A stretch of DNA of 62,487 nucleotides from assembly GCA_024278915.1 (NCBI GenBank), contig JAJRSG010000231.1:1-62487 (forward strand), written 5' to 3'. Of this stretch, positions 41,000-49,243 are shown piece after piece. Source of the stretch: Alphaproteobacteria bacterium. GTDB taxonomy: Bacteria > Pseudomonadota > Alphaproteobacteria > Caulobacterales > Maricaulaceae. Both the position numbers and the translations under genes were made by a program. The notes under the pieces are model-generated. The model ran no database searches and was not told the origin of the DNA. It saw only the letters and a program-made list of their open reading frames with translations. Position 1 is the first letter of the stretch. Each line of letters starts with the position of its first letter.

Positions 41000-42096
41000 T
41001 ACATTATACTATTTGTGTTTGGTTGCGGCGGCAACCAAGATTGCTTACCTCTAAGAGATTGAAATGTCTTCTCCGATAAAACCTTTATTACCTGTATGCG
41101 CCCGTTGTTGGTATCGGCAACATAGAGAAATCCGTCTGAAAACCAAATATCGGATGGTGAATCAAATTCACCTGGTCCTTTGCCGCGTGTGCCAAAGGTT
41201 TCCAATAATTCACCTTTTCGAAAAACAAGAATATTATGTTCCAGTCGATCGATGACATAAAACCGATTTTCATCATCGACGGTTATGGCTGCCCCGTCGT
41301 TGAACAGGTCCTTCGCGAAGGTCGATAAATATGTGCCGTCCAAACCAAAAACCTGAATTCGACGGTTCATGCCATCGATGATATAAAGTGCCATGCGCCC
41401 TTGTATCATGCTGCGAATATTTCGAAATTCACCAGCACCGTTACCGCGCCTCCCCATCCTGTACACAGGCTTGCCCTCGGAATTGAAAACAATAACGTGG
41501 TCAAAAAACCCGTCAGCTACGAATATTCGTTCAAGGCGTCGATCAACGGTAACGGCAACGGGATGGTTGAGATGCTTCTTGCTTTTGAAAATTTGTTCCA
41601 TTTCGCCATCTTCGGTGTAACGAACTACCTTCTGCCCATTGCCGTCCGATATATAAATATCGTTCTCTGCCGTAACGTAAATATCGGTCGGATTCATAAT
41701 ATCACTCAGGAAAGTCAGCCGATCCAAAGCTGGATGGGAGCGTCCATCATGTTCATCACTTATATGCTCAAATGAGTCATGGCCTTCGGTGTTCCATGAA
41801 AATTTGTTAAGGGAGCCTGTATGACCGTCGATTATAAACACATCATCCCCGTTTACGGAAACTCCAACTGGTTTTTTGAATAACCGTAATTCTGAATCTC
41901 CTGTCACAATAGTATAGGCTAGATTTTTCCCAGTGCTGGAGGCGTTCATGTATCCTGCAATCGTGGTCCAGGGAATAAGCCGGGAGGTTAAGCTGGCATT
42001 GGATGGAGAGTCATATAATTGCCGGTTCGCCTGGTTAGTTGTAGAAACACACCCGGTGACTAACAAAATAAATAGAGTTGTGCTGATACGCATCAT
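40999..42096 (-). CDS. NHL-repeat beta-propeller lipoprotein (paralogue)
   Basis: Lipobox LVTG-C. NHL-type blades (IFVADGFFDHVIVF, LYIIDGMNRRIQVF, LYVADTNNGRIQVI). The stop overlaps the next start by 1 nt (TAATG). Confidence 0.8.
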   Translation of the reverse strand: MMRISTTLFILLVTGCVSTTNQANRQLYDSPSNASLTSRLIPWTTIAGYMNASSTGKNLAYTIVTGDSELRLFKKPVGVSVNGDDVFIIDGHTGSLNKFSWNTEGHDSFEHISDEHDGRSHPALDRLTFLSDIMNPTDIYVTAENDIYISDGNGQKVVRYTEDGEMEQIFKSKKHLNHPVAVTVDRRLERIFVADGFFDHVIVFNSEGKPVYRMGRRGNGAGEFRNIRSMIQGRMALYIIDGMNRRIQVFGLDGTYLSTFAKDLFNDGAAITVDDENRFYVIDRLEHNILVFRKGELLETFGTRGKGPGEFDSPSDIWFSDGFLYVADTNNGRIQVIKVLSEKTFQSLRGKQSWLPPQPNTNSIM

Positions 42097-42635
42097 TCAT
42101 CCAACACTCTTTTATCACGAACGGAACTGTGACATCGAAAACAATCCGTTAAGGGGAACGATACCTTGCCATGACAGACACCACAAAACTCGCCCTTTAA
42201 AATCGTATACATATTTACAGGATTGGCATCCTTCTTTGGCAGGAAAATAGCCGTATGACAATTTGTACAGGATAGAATCAGGGAGTGATCATAATGCGGG
42301 AAACGGACATAAGGCATCGATCCTGTTTGTTGCATTATGACATCCATACTGATAGCGCGCATTATTTGGTCACCATAGATACTGGCACGTGGCTCAATCA
42401 GGGAATCATCCATGGCCTTAACCCAGTCCACATAATTGCCGGTCGGGCTTGACGGTAACAGGGAAAGCGCTTCGCTGGGCTGCTGAAGGTATTCTATTCC
42501 AGGGTTTTCCGGGTCATAGATGCCTTCCGTACCAAGCGGTGGGTGTAGGATGTCATACTCCTGAGCAAAACTTGCAGCTATGCCACTGCCCGACAAACAA
42601 ATAGTGAGGATAAAAAGCCAGTATCCAGATTTCAT
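42093..42635 (-). CDS. Periplasmic trihaem cytochrome c (c7/c3-like)
   Basis: Signal peptide. CTNCH, CGVCHGKVSF and CFRCH motifs. It shares the architecture ...VDWVKA...FPH..H...C.NCH...F......M..I..G..CG.CHGKV.FP...C..CHS with 43635..44468. Confidence 0.85.
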   Translation of the reverse strand: MKSGYWLFILTICLSGSGIAASFAQEYDILHPPLGTEGIYDPENPGIEYLQQPSEALSLLPSSPTGNYVDWVKAMDDSLIEPRASIYGDQIMRAISMDVIMQQTGSMPYVRFPHYDHSLILSCTNCHTAIFLPKKDANPVNMYTILKGEFCGVCHGKVSFPLTDCFRCHSSVRDKRVLDE

Positions 42636-42641
42636 TCAGGC

Positions 42642-43538
42642 CTACCCCGGTATAAAATTACCACCCATTCTGATTGCCCGAATGAGATTCTTTGTGGATT
42701 TATTCAAAATATCGGTGGCAGCTTCATAATTTCCGGATTTTGCTTCATTATCGGCATCTGCCCGCATTCCATCGGATTCTTCACGTAGTTTCTGTATGGA
42801 CAACAGCATTTTTGCCGAGGGTTTCTTTTCCTTAACTGTTATATCCAATAAAAAATAGTGGCTGTCGTTGCGGTCAATCTCATACAGATATTCATCTTTG
42901 GCCGTTTCGAAATTAAGTTCGCGTATCAGAGTAATGCCATCGCGAACCTCTATGGTAATCCGTATGGCGACATCATAAGCCTTGTCGACGTTCACGATTG
43001 CACCGTCTACCTCGCCATTTGTAATGTTGGATTTGGCCTGGTTTAAAAAGTCGTCGACCATCCGGCGCCGGGGTTCAAGACTTTCGTTGGCTGTTTGTTC
43101 GTTTGTGGTAATTTCATCAAACGTCTTCATCAAGGCAATAATAGTTGCCTTGCGTTCGTTGTAATATCTTAATGAATTCGTCTGGTCATTTGTAACTTTG
43201 GATTCTTTACGTGTAATACTCGTAACAAGTTTAACTATTTCATTAAGCAAGTTATTGGCAACTTCATAATCACCCTGCTGTACGCTAAGCTCTGCTTTTT
43301 TATAAAGAGCCTTAACATTGGCAATATCCTCGAACACATCCTCATCACCATGAGCTTCGATATTCTTAAAGGTTTTTGACCTTTTGATTAAATTACCAAT
43401 GAAAATAAATTTCTGATTCACCATAGATTCAGTAACCGGCAACCGTGATTGACCGCTTGTTTTTTCAACAGCATGGGCCGTACCCGCCCAAATTAAAAAG
43501 CTCAGCAAAATTACCAATGAATGCGTTATATATTTCAC
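42642..43538 (-). CDS. Secreted helical protein of unrecognised family (paralogue A)
   Basis: Signal peptide (...AGTAHA/VE) and a charged, helix-prone sequence. I recognise no known motif. It shares the block LNFETAKDEYLYEIDR with 59669..60697 and 61631..62371. Confidence 0.6.
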   Translation of the reverse strand: MKYITHSLVILLSFLIWAGTAHAVEKTSGQSRLPVTESMVNQKFIFIGNLIKRSKTFKNIEAHGDEDVFEDIANVKALYKKAELSVQQGDYEVANNLLNEIVKLVTSITRKESKVTNDQTNSLRYYNERKATIIALMKTFDEITTNEQTANESLEPRRRMVDDFLNQAKSNITNGEVDGAIVNVDKAYDVAIRITIEVRDGITLIRELNFETAKDEYLYEIDRNDSHYFLLDITVKEKKPSAKMLLSIQKLREESDGMRADADNEAKSGNYEAATDILNKSTKNLIRAIRMGGNFIPG

Positions 43539-43634
43539 TTTTTAGTACCCCTCAAAAATACAGGACAGGATCGAATTAACGAGAATTTGAAACCATAATC
43601 AAAATTTCCATATCATATATCTTTTATCAGTCTA

Positions 43635-44468
43635 TCATTGTTTCGCGGTAACCATGTCATCAACCAAGATGGCATCCTCAGCGTTGTCGCCAGATGTATT
43701 GCCTTCATTTGTAATAACGGCGGCAATATTCACGTCGTTTGAATATACCTGCAAAAGCGGCATGGCAGTTTCGGCATAACCATCCGGAACAACTTTCCTA
43801 TGGTCTTCAACCATGCCGATACTGCTCTGTTTGTCAGGGAGTGTTTTGGAGGACTTCTTTCGCTCAGAGCGTTTTAATTTTAATTGTTCAAGTTCTGCTT
43901 TGGTTTTTTTCTTCGAATGACAAAGACGGCATTCAGACAATGGGAAGGCAACCTTGCCATGACAAACACCACAATATTGCCCCATCAGGATCGACGCCAT
44001 ACTGATGTTATTACTACCTTTTTTTGGCGTAAATAATTTCGGGTGGCAATTTTTACAATCAAGCCATTGGGTATGTATGTCATGCGGATAAACCACATCG
44101 GGCATGGTGCCTTTGACCTGTCGGATAATATTCAGATCTAAAACCGTCATTTTCTTGGTATTGTCATAGCTACTGGTACGTGGATTTATATCTCCGTTAT
44201 TCAGCGCTTTAACCCAATCCACCCGGTTACCTCCACGGCTTTTAGGTAGCGACTCAAAAGCTTTTTTGGGTGTCTGAAGGGACAGTGTACCGATATCATC
44301 CGGGTCGTGGATGCCATCTTCCCAAGGCGGAAGGTTAAATTTATTTGCCCCTTTAAACAGCCGGTTAAATTTGTTTGCATCATCTTCGGCGGCAAAACTG
44401 AGCTGTAGCATCCCACTACCAAAAAGCAGGGCGCTTAAACAAATTGTCAGTATAATGCGTCTGTTCAT
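43635..44468 (-). CDS. Periplasmic trihaem cytochrome c (c7/c3-like) with Lys-rich C-terminal extension
   Basis: Signal peptide (...LSFA/AE). CKNCH, CGVCHGKVAF and CRLCH motifs. C-terminal ~95 aa tail (KKKTKAELEQLKLKRSERKKSSK...). Confidence 0.85.
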   Translation of the reverse strand: MNRRIILTICLSALLFGSGMLQLSFAAEDDANKFNRLFKGANKFNLPPWEDGIHDPDDIGTLSLQTPKKAFESLPKSRGGNRVDWVKALNNGDINPRTSSYDNTKKMTVLDLNIIRQVKGTMPDVVYPHDIHTQWLDCKNCHPKLFTPKKGSNNISMASILMGQYCGVCHGKVAFPLSECRLCHSKKKTKAELEQLKLKRSERKKSSKTLPDKQSSIGMVEDHRKVVPDGYAETAMPLLQVYSNDVNIAAVITNEGNTSGDNAEDAILVDDMVTAKQ

Positions 44469-44488
44469 CGCTTTGCTCCTTCGGCAAT

Positions 44489-44905
44489 TTATTGTCCGGT
44501 GACACCGGGCGGTATAACAAGACGGTCTATAGTGCTGTTATGAATCTGGGTCGGGGTGCCAGGTTTTCCAGAATGGCAAAGCGAACAGTTTTCTACAGAC
44601 CAGGCGATCTCGTCGTTGTGACAGGCACCACAATATTCACCATCAAATATTTTTAACATGGTAATGTCGTTGCCGCCGGCTTTGAATTCGAAGCCAAGAT
44701 CACTGTGGCAGACTTTGCAGCGAAATCGAATGCGATGGAACCAATGGGGAAATACAACGGGTCGCATCCCGGCATCATCGGAATAATTATTGATGACCAC
44801 ATCACCATATTCCGAACGTGCTTGTGAATTTGGAACTATCAGAAACCCAATCACTGCAATGAACATTGCAATACGCCTGAGGCGTGATTCCCAAAAAATT
44901 AGCAT
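44489..44905 (-). CDS. Small trihaem cytochrome c (c7/c3-like)
   Basis: CKVCH, CGACH and CSLCH motifs. The start was moved to ATG 44905 (aggggg RBS; MLIFWESRLRRIAMFIAVIGFLIV signal/anchor). Confidence 0.8.
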   Translation of the reverse strand: MLIFWESRLRRIAMFIAVIGFLIVPNSQARSEYGDVVINNYSDDAGMRPVVFPHWFHRIRFRCKVCHSDLGFEFKAGGNDITMLKIFDGEYCGACHNDEIAWSVENCSLCHSGKPGTPTQIHNSTIDRLVIPPGVTGQ

Positions 44906-45143
44906 ATCAGGCCCCCTAGTAAAATGTACCGCCCACAAGCCTGTCTTCTCACATCAAACCACAACTCGTCAAACATAATAATATTACCTAAATTAAGTCA
45001 CGCTGAACATGATCATGATATGATAACAGTAAACAATAATATCAAAGATATTTATTTATTATTGCAACAGGCTCCATAAAATTAGACTTGAACAGCAATG
45101 TTTATTACTATCCAGCGCACTCGGGAATGATACGGAAACCGGA

Positions 45144-45806
45144 TCATGGTATTTGCATGATATAGGTTGAGACATCGAGTACAGCCTGGTCATCAGACAA
45201 AATCAGCGACATTGATTGCATCTGTTGGCCGCGTTCATCCTTTACATGGGTACCACGCAGGCCGTTTCGGAAGGCATCCAACTGTTTAATCAGGTACCAG
45301 TCTGATTGGCCCGCCAGGCGTGGTGCAGAAATTTCTCTATTGCCTGCACCGTCTTCGCCGTGACAGAAAGTACAGTTTGCCAGCCAAATTTCTTTACCAA
45401 CCTCGGCATCTCCCCCCTCAATAACGGGTTCGGCTGCCATTAATTCCAGGGTGCTAATATAGCCAATAACATCAATAATATCCTGCTCGCTTTCCAGCAT
45501 GGTGGCCGCATCACGCATCATAGCACCGGAATCATCATCTTCGTTATAACCACGAAAACCAGCCAGGAACTTTATGATCTGGTTGTGCAAATACCACGGC
45601 TGTTGGCCATTCAGGCGCGGTCCAAGATCTTCAATGCCCTCACCGCCTTCACCGTGGCAGCCAGAGCATTCTTCGAAAAGAAGTTTACCATTTTCCAGAT
45701 CAGCCGATCTGGCAGTATTCATCCAAATGAAAACACTGAAGATCGTCACACAAATAAAACTAATAATATTATAACCGGATAAATTATTAATTATCTTGTC
45801 ATTCAT
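45144..45806 (-). CDS. Dihaem class I cytochrome c (c4-like)
   Basis: Two class I domains, CSGCHGEGGEG and CTFCHGEDGAG, each followed by a PRLAGQ/PRLNGQ segment. ATG 45806 is preferred to the ORF-track 45857. Confidence 0.8.
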   Translation of the reverse strand: MNDKIINNLSGYNIISFICVTIFSVFIWMNTARSADLENGKLLFEECSGCHGEGGEGIEDLGPRLNGQQPWYLHNQIIKFLAGFRGYNEDDDSGAMMRDAATMLESEQDIIDVIGYISTLELMAAEPVIEGGDAEVGKEIWLANCTFCHGEDGAGNREISAPRLAGQSDWYLIKQLDAFRNGLRGTHVKDERGQQMQSMSLILSDDQAVLDVSTYIMQIP

Positions 45807-45895
45807 TGAACACCCCATTGTATAAGAACTGATAACCTCAGGTAATTCTAATCTCATTGTAGAAGCGGGGTTATAGTAAATAAAAATATAAAAAT

Positions 45896-47956
45896 CTAGA
45901 ACTGTCGTCGAATATTAAAAGATAACGATGTGGCCCTGGGCGAACTTTCATTTTCTGACATCTTCAGGGTCAGGTCAGACCTGAGCATGCCCAGGGCAAA
46001 CTTCAACCCTACTTTCCAATCTCTGTTCCAACTTACAGCGTCTTCGGATTCTGTTGTAGAGGTCTTTAAAGACAGCGGAATCAGGGAATCTGACGAAAAT
46101 GTCAGAGAGGAAACAAAATTCAGATTTGGCATATCCAGAAAGTTAGACGCAATATAGTCAATGTTGCCATTTGAAGACGTCGTCCAGGGGGCTTTCGCGG
46201 TTTCACTGGTCTGGCGCGATGTCTGGGCGGAGACGGCGATAGATAGTTTGCTTTTCTGGGTTAAAGATAGAGTATTGTTGACTTGTAGATTAACCAGTTG
46301 ACGGGAAGATTTTTCCAGACCGCTCAGTGTACGTGAATCTGTAAAAGACACGCTGGAGGACGTCCATCGAGATTCGCTGCTATTGCTCTCAGATAATCTG
46401 AGTCCGTGACTCACACTGGTGCCGACGGGAGAATCAATCGATTTGTTTAAGGTAAGCCCTTCATTCCCGACTACCGACAATCGCGGAAATAATGGGAATG
46501 AGAAATCCCGCCGTATCGATTGATTAATATTGGCTGCCTGGCTGTGTGTTCGTTGTTCCGGGGTAATATTCGTTGATAGCGATCCCGTTGTTCCCCAGCC
46601 CCAGTTCCAATCTAATACTTTTTGCTGATCGCCCTTGTAAGATGCGGTCCCGGTCGCTCCGGTAGAAAGCACGGTCGACGCTTTAAGGGAGTTACTCGTC
46701 GTGGTCGTCGTCAAATCCGTTGATGAATAGCTGGCGTCCCCGGAAAATGTCATGTCGACTTTTGGCGAATACCTGTAGGTGATCCCAAGTTGACCATTCA
46801 AAGCCGAATCCATAATTTTCGTTTCTCCGGCCGAGCTTGAATTGCTGGTATCCGAGGTTGTCTTTAAATCAGCGAGGGTGCGCGATATGCCTGTAATGGT
46901 TATGGGTTGATCCCTCGGCGTCCAGCTCAGTGTGTATGTATTCTGAATCATAGCCTGTTCACTTTCAGATAAGGGGTTTTCGCTTGTGGAGAGCAACAGG
47001 GAAGAAATTGAATGATAGGTGACATTTTTCCACGGTGTATAACTGTGGCGAAGCGATATTGAGTTCGACAGGCTTTCAGAGTCTTCACTGTTCACCATAT
47101 CTTCAAACAAAAACAATGAGCTGGATGTTTGAAAATTAATCCGATGATCATCATAAATTTTGCTAACACCAAATGTATTCTGATAGGACGTCTGGTTCGA
47201 CTCTTCTTCACGTTCCGTTGTGTTAACCGATGTCCTCAACTTGAAATTAAGAGACGTATCCCATTGGTACAAAGCTGATAAAGTCAATATGTCTGATATG
47301 GTACTGGAACTGGTAGTTGCACTCGACAGGCCATTGGTGCTCGTTACGCTGGAATCCGATCTGCCATAAGAAAGCGTCAATGGATAACGGCTTAGAGGAA
47401 GAATGTTAAAACTTAAATTTCCGCTTATTCTTGTGGAGTTTGTATTGGATGTGCCGGTGTTGTTTAGCGATTGTGTAGCGTCAAAATCACCCTTTACGCG
47501 GGCAAACCATGGCTGCCAGATGTAAGAGCTCAGGCCTGCACCGCCAGTAAAAGAATTTTCCGATGTCTGATCACTTCCTGATTGCTGGTTGGCGGAAAAC
47601 CGGTAACCGGTATAGCCTGAAATTTTGGAGGCTGGAATTAACGACAAAAAACTGAAGCCATCGTCTTCCGCCGGATCGGCGGTGGCAAGTTGCAGTTGCG
47701 GTAGTGCCGGAAGGAGGTCTGAAATATCCGAGAGGCCACCAACTTGAGTGTTATTCGAATAACTTTTACCGTGGGAGAAAATCCCATGAGATGCTTGGGC
47801 AGGATCTGTAATCGCCAGGCACCAGCCTGCCAACAGCCCGCAAATTATATAAATCCTGCTGACAGAATAAAAGAATTTGGTTCTGAAGCTAATTGAAATG
47901 ATCAGATTTAAATTGATCTTTCTAAATGAGTTTTCTGGTAGGAATCGTTTTTTCAT
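45896..47956 (-). CDS. Putative outer-membrane beta-barrel protein (porin-like), Ser/Thr/Asn-rich
   Basis: 686 aa with an N-terminal hydrophobic signal (...GWCLAITDPAQA/SH). The composition alternates and is rich in S/T/N/G with no long hydrophobic helices. The C-terminus ...SLSFNIRRQF ends in Phe, as in OM beta-barrels. First gene of the cytochrome operon. Confidence 0.6.
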   Translation of the reverse strand: MKKRFLPENSFRKINLNLIISISFRTKFFYSVSRIYIICGLLAGWCLAITDPAQASHGIFSHGKSYSNNTQVGGLSDISDLLPALPQLQLATADPAEDDGFSFLSLIPASKISGYTGYRFSANQQSGSDQTSENSFTGGAGLSSYIWQPWFARVKGDFDATQSLNNTGTSNTNSTRISGNLSFNILPLSRYPLTLSYGRSDSSVTSTNGLSSATTSSSTISDILTLSALYQWDTSLNFKLRTSVNTTEREEESNQTSYQNTFGVSKIYDDHRINFQTSSSLFLFEDMVNSEDSESLSNSISLRHSYTPWKNVTYHSISSLLLSTSENPLSESEQAMIQNTYTLSWTPRDQPITITGISRTLADLKTTSDTSNSSSAGETKIMDSALNGQLGITYRYSPKVDMTFSGDASYSSTDLTTTTTSNSLKASTVLSTGATGTASYKGDQQKVLDWNWGWGTTGSLSTNITPEQRTHSQAANINQSIRRDFSFPLFPRLSVVGNEGLTLNKSIDSPVGTSVSHGLRLSESNSSESRWTSSSVSFTDSRTLSGLEKSSRQLVNLQVNNTLSLTQKSKLSIAVSAQTSRQTSETAKAPWTTSSNGNIDYIASNFLDMPNLNFVSSLTFSSDSLIPLSLKTSTTESEDAVSWNRDWKVGLKFALGMLRSDLTLKMSENESSPRATSLSFNIRRQF

Positions 47957-48199
47957 TTATTCACGATTACAATATTTTCGAAATATATATATGCGCGGAG
48001 CTTCATTATCCTTCATTCCCAGGAAATTTGACGCACCCAATTCTACACCATAATCGAATAAATATAACAATAATACAGTCCTTGAAAAAGTGAATTTTTT
48101 AACCGCTATATTGTCAATTCGATTTCTCATGATCCGAGCACAAATAAAAATAGAACTCTCCAATCGTGACAAATCGCCGATATTAATAAATTTTCCTTA

Positions 48200-48215
48200 T
48201 GGCACGAAACATGCA
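48200..48215 (+). promoter_or_regulatory. Sigma-54 (-24/-12) promoter
   Basis: TGGCACGaaacaTGCA. GG and GC have exact consensus spacing (TGGCAC-N5-TTGCA). It lies 288 nt upstream of ATG 48503. Confidence 0.7.
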
Positions 48216-48502
48216 TTATTTAACCCTAAAATTTGGTTATTTCAAACAAACCATGATCGGTGGGTGGCATGTATGATATAATTATCGGCAGTCAAGAATC
48301 GCTGGAACATAGGTATACTGCGGTGTACCTGTTATTTGAATTACGAATTTTGCCGGATTCTGCGACCATAAATGCGCTCTCGATCACCAAGAGGCTGTTT
48401 TGAAAATTATCATATTTGAGAATTTCAAGACGGGCTTTATCTGTTGTTGGATTTGTATAAGGATGTTTTTTTTGAAATATACGATACGGGCATTTTGTAA
48501 TT

Positions 48503-49243
48503 ATGCGTAATTGGTTTGCAACTATTTTGGTTTATCTGATTTTGCTAGGTCTGAACGTCGGTGGTGTTAACGGTGCTGAACTTGTTGGCTCAAAGCATGA
48601 TCTTACATCATTGAACCAACGCGCCGGCATGGAGGCAATGACCGGCCTTGCCTTCAACGATTACAAAGACCCCTGTATTTATTGTCATTTACCCAACTAC
48701 ATTATTGACGGCGGTGAGGATACTCTCTCGTCGAGTCAGATACCAAGATGGAACAGGCTAACCAACGAAGATGGCTATCAATTGTATAGCAGCTTATCGA
48801 TCAGTTCGCTGCCCGATGAACTGGGGGCGGAGAGTCTGCTCTGCCTGTCATGCCATGATGGATCCATGGCCGTTGATACGGTCGTCAATAAACCGAGCGA
48901 CTGGGGCATCACCGATGAGGCCCCCATGCATATGCGAATTGATAGCGGTGGTGGCATTGATAAATGCACCCAATGTCACGATGGTACTACGGCGCATAAG
49001 ATGGATTCTGTTATCATCGGCACCGATTTGAGGGATGACCATCCAATCGGACTACGCTACGCAGGCTTAACGGGACAAGATGAATATTTCCGTCCGGGCC
49101 TTGGAACAGAATTTTCAAATGGTATAAAGCTGTTTGATGGAAAGGTCGAATGTGCTACATGCCATAATGTTCATGACGACGAAATATCACCATTTCTGAG
49201 AGTGGAGCAACGAAGACTATGTCAAACATGCCACAACAAGTAA
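48503..49243 (+). CDS. Secreted pentahaem c-type cytochrome
   Basis: Signal peptide (...GGVNG/AE). CIYCH, CLSCH, CTQCH, CATCH and CQTCH motifs. The protein ends ...CQTCHNK*. Confidence 0.9.
   Translation: MRNWFATILVYLILLGLNVGGVNGAELVGSKHDLTSLNQRAGMEAMTGLAFNDYKDPCIYCHLPNYIIDGGEDTLSSSQIPRWNRLTNEDGYQLYSSLSISSLPDELGAESLLCLSCHDGSMAVDTVVNKPSDWGITDEAPMHMRIDSGGGIDKCTQCHDGTTAHKMDSVIIGTDLRDDHPIGLRYAGLTGQDEYFRPGLGTEFSNGIKLFDGKVECATCHNVHDDEISPFLRVEQRRLCQTCHNK

Noticed and set aside
45063-45076. Sigma-54-like element on the minus strand (tggagcctgttgca) in the 205-bp gap upstream of the trihaem genes
   Set aside because: The GG-to-GC spacing is 10 nt instead of the required 12, and the -24 box is TGGAGC. 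It does not fit the strict spacing of sigma-54 promoters.
47957-48172. 71-aa minus-strand ORF ending with TAA immediately before, and in frame with, the porin ATG
   Set aside because: The stretch is AT-rich and low-complexity, with no RBS, signal or recognisable motif. It occupies what should be the promoter region of the porin operon. It is most likely a chance ORF. Readthrough into the porin is not supported by anything in the sequence.
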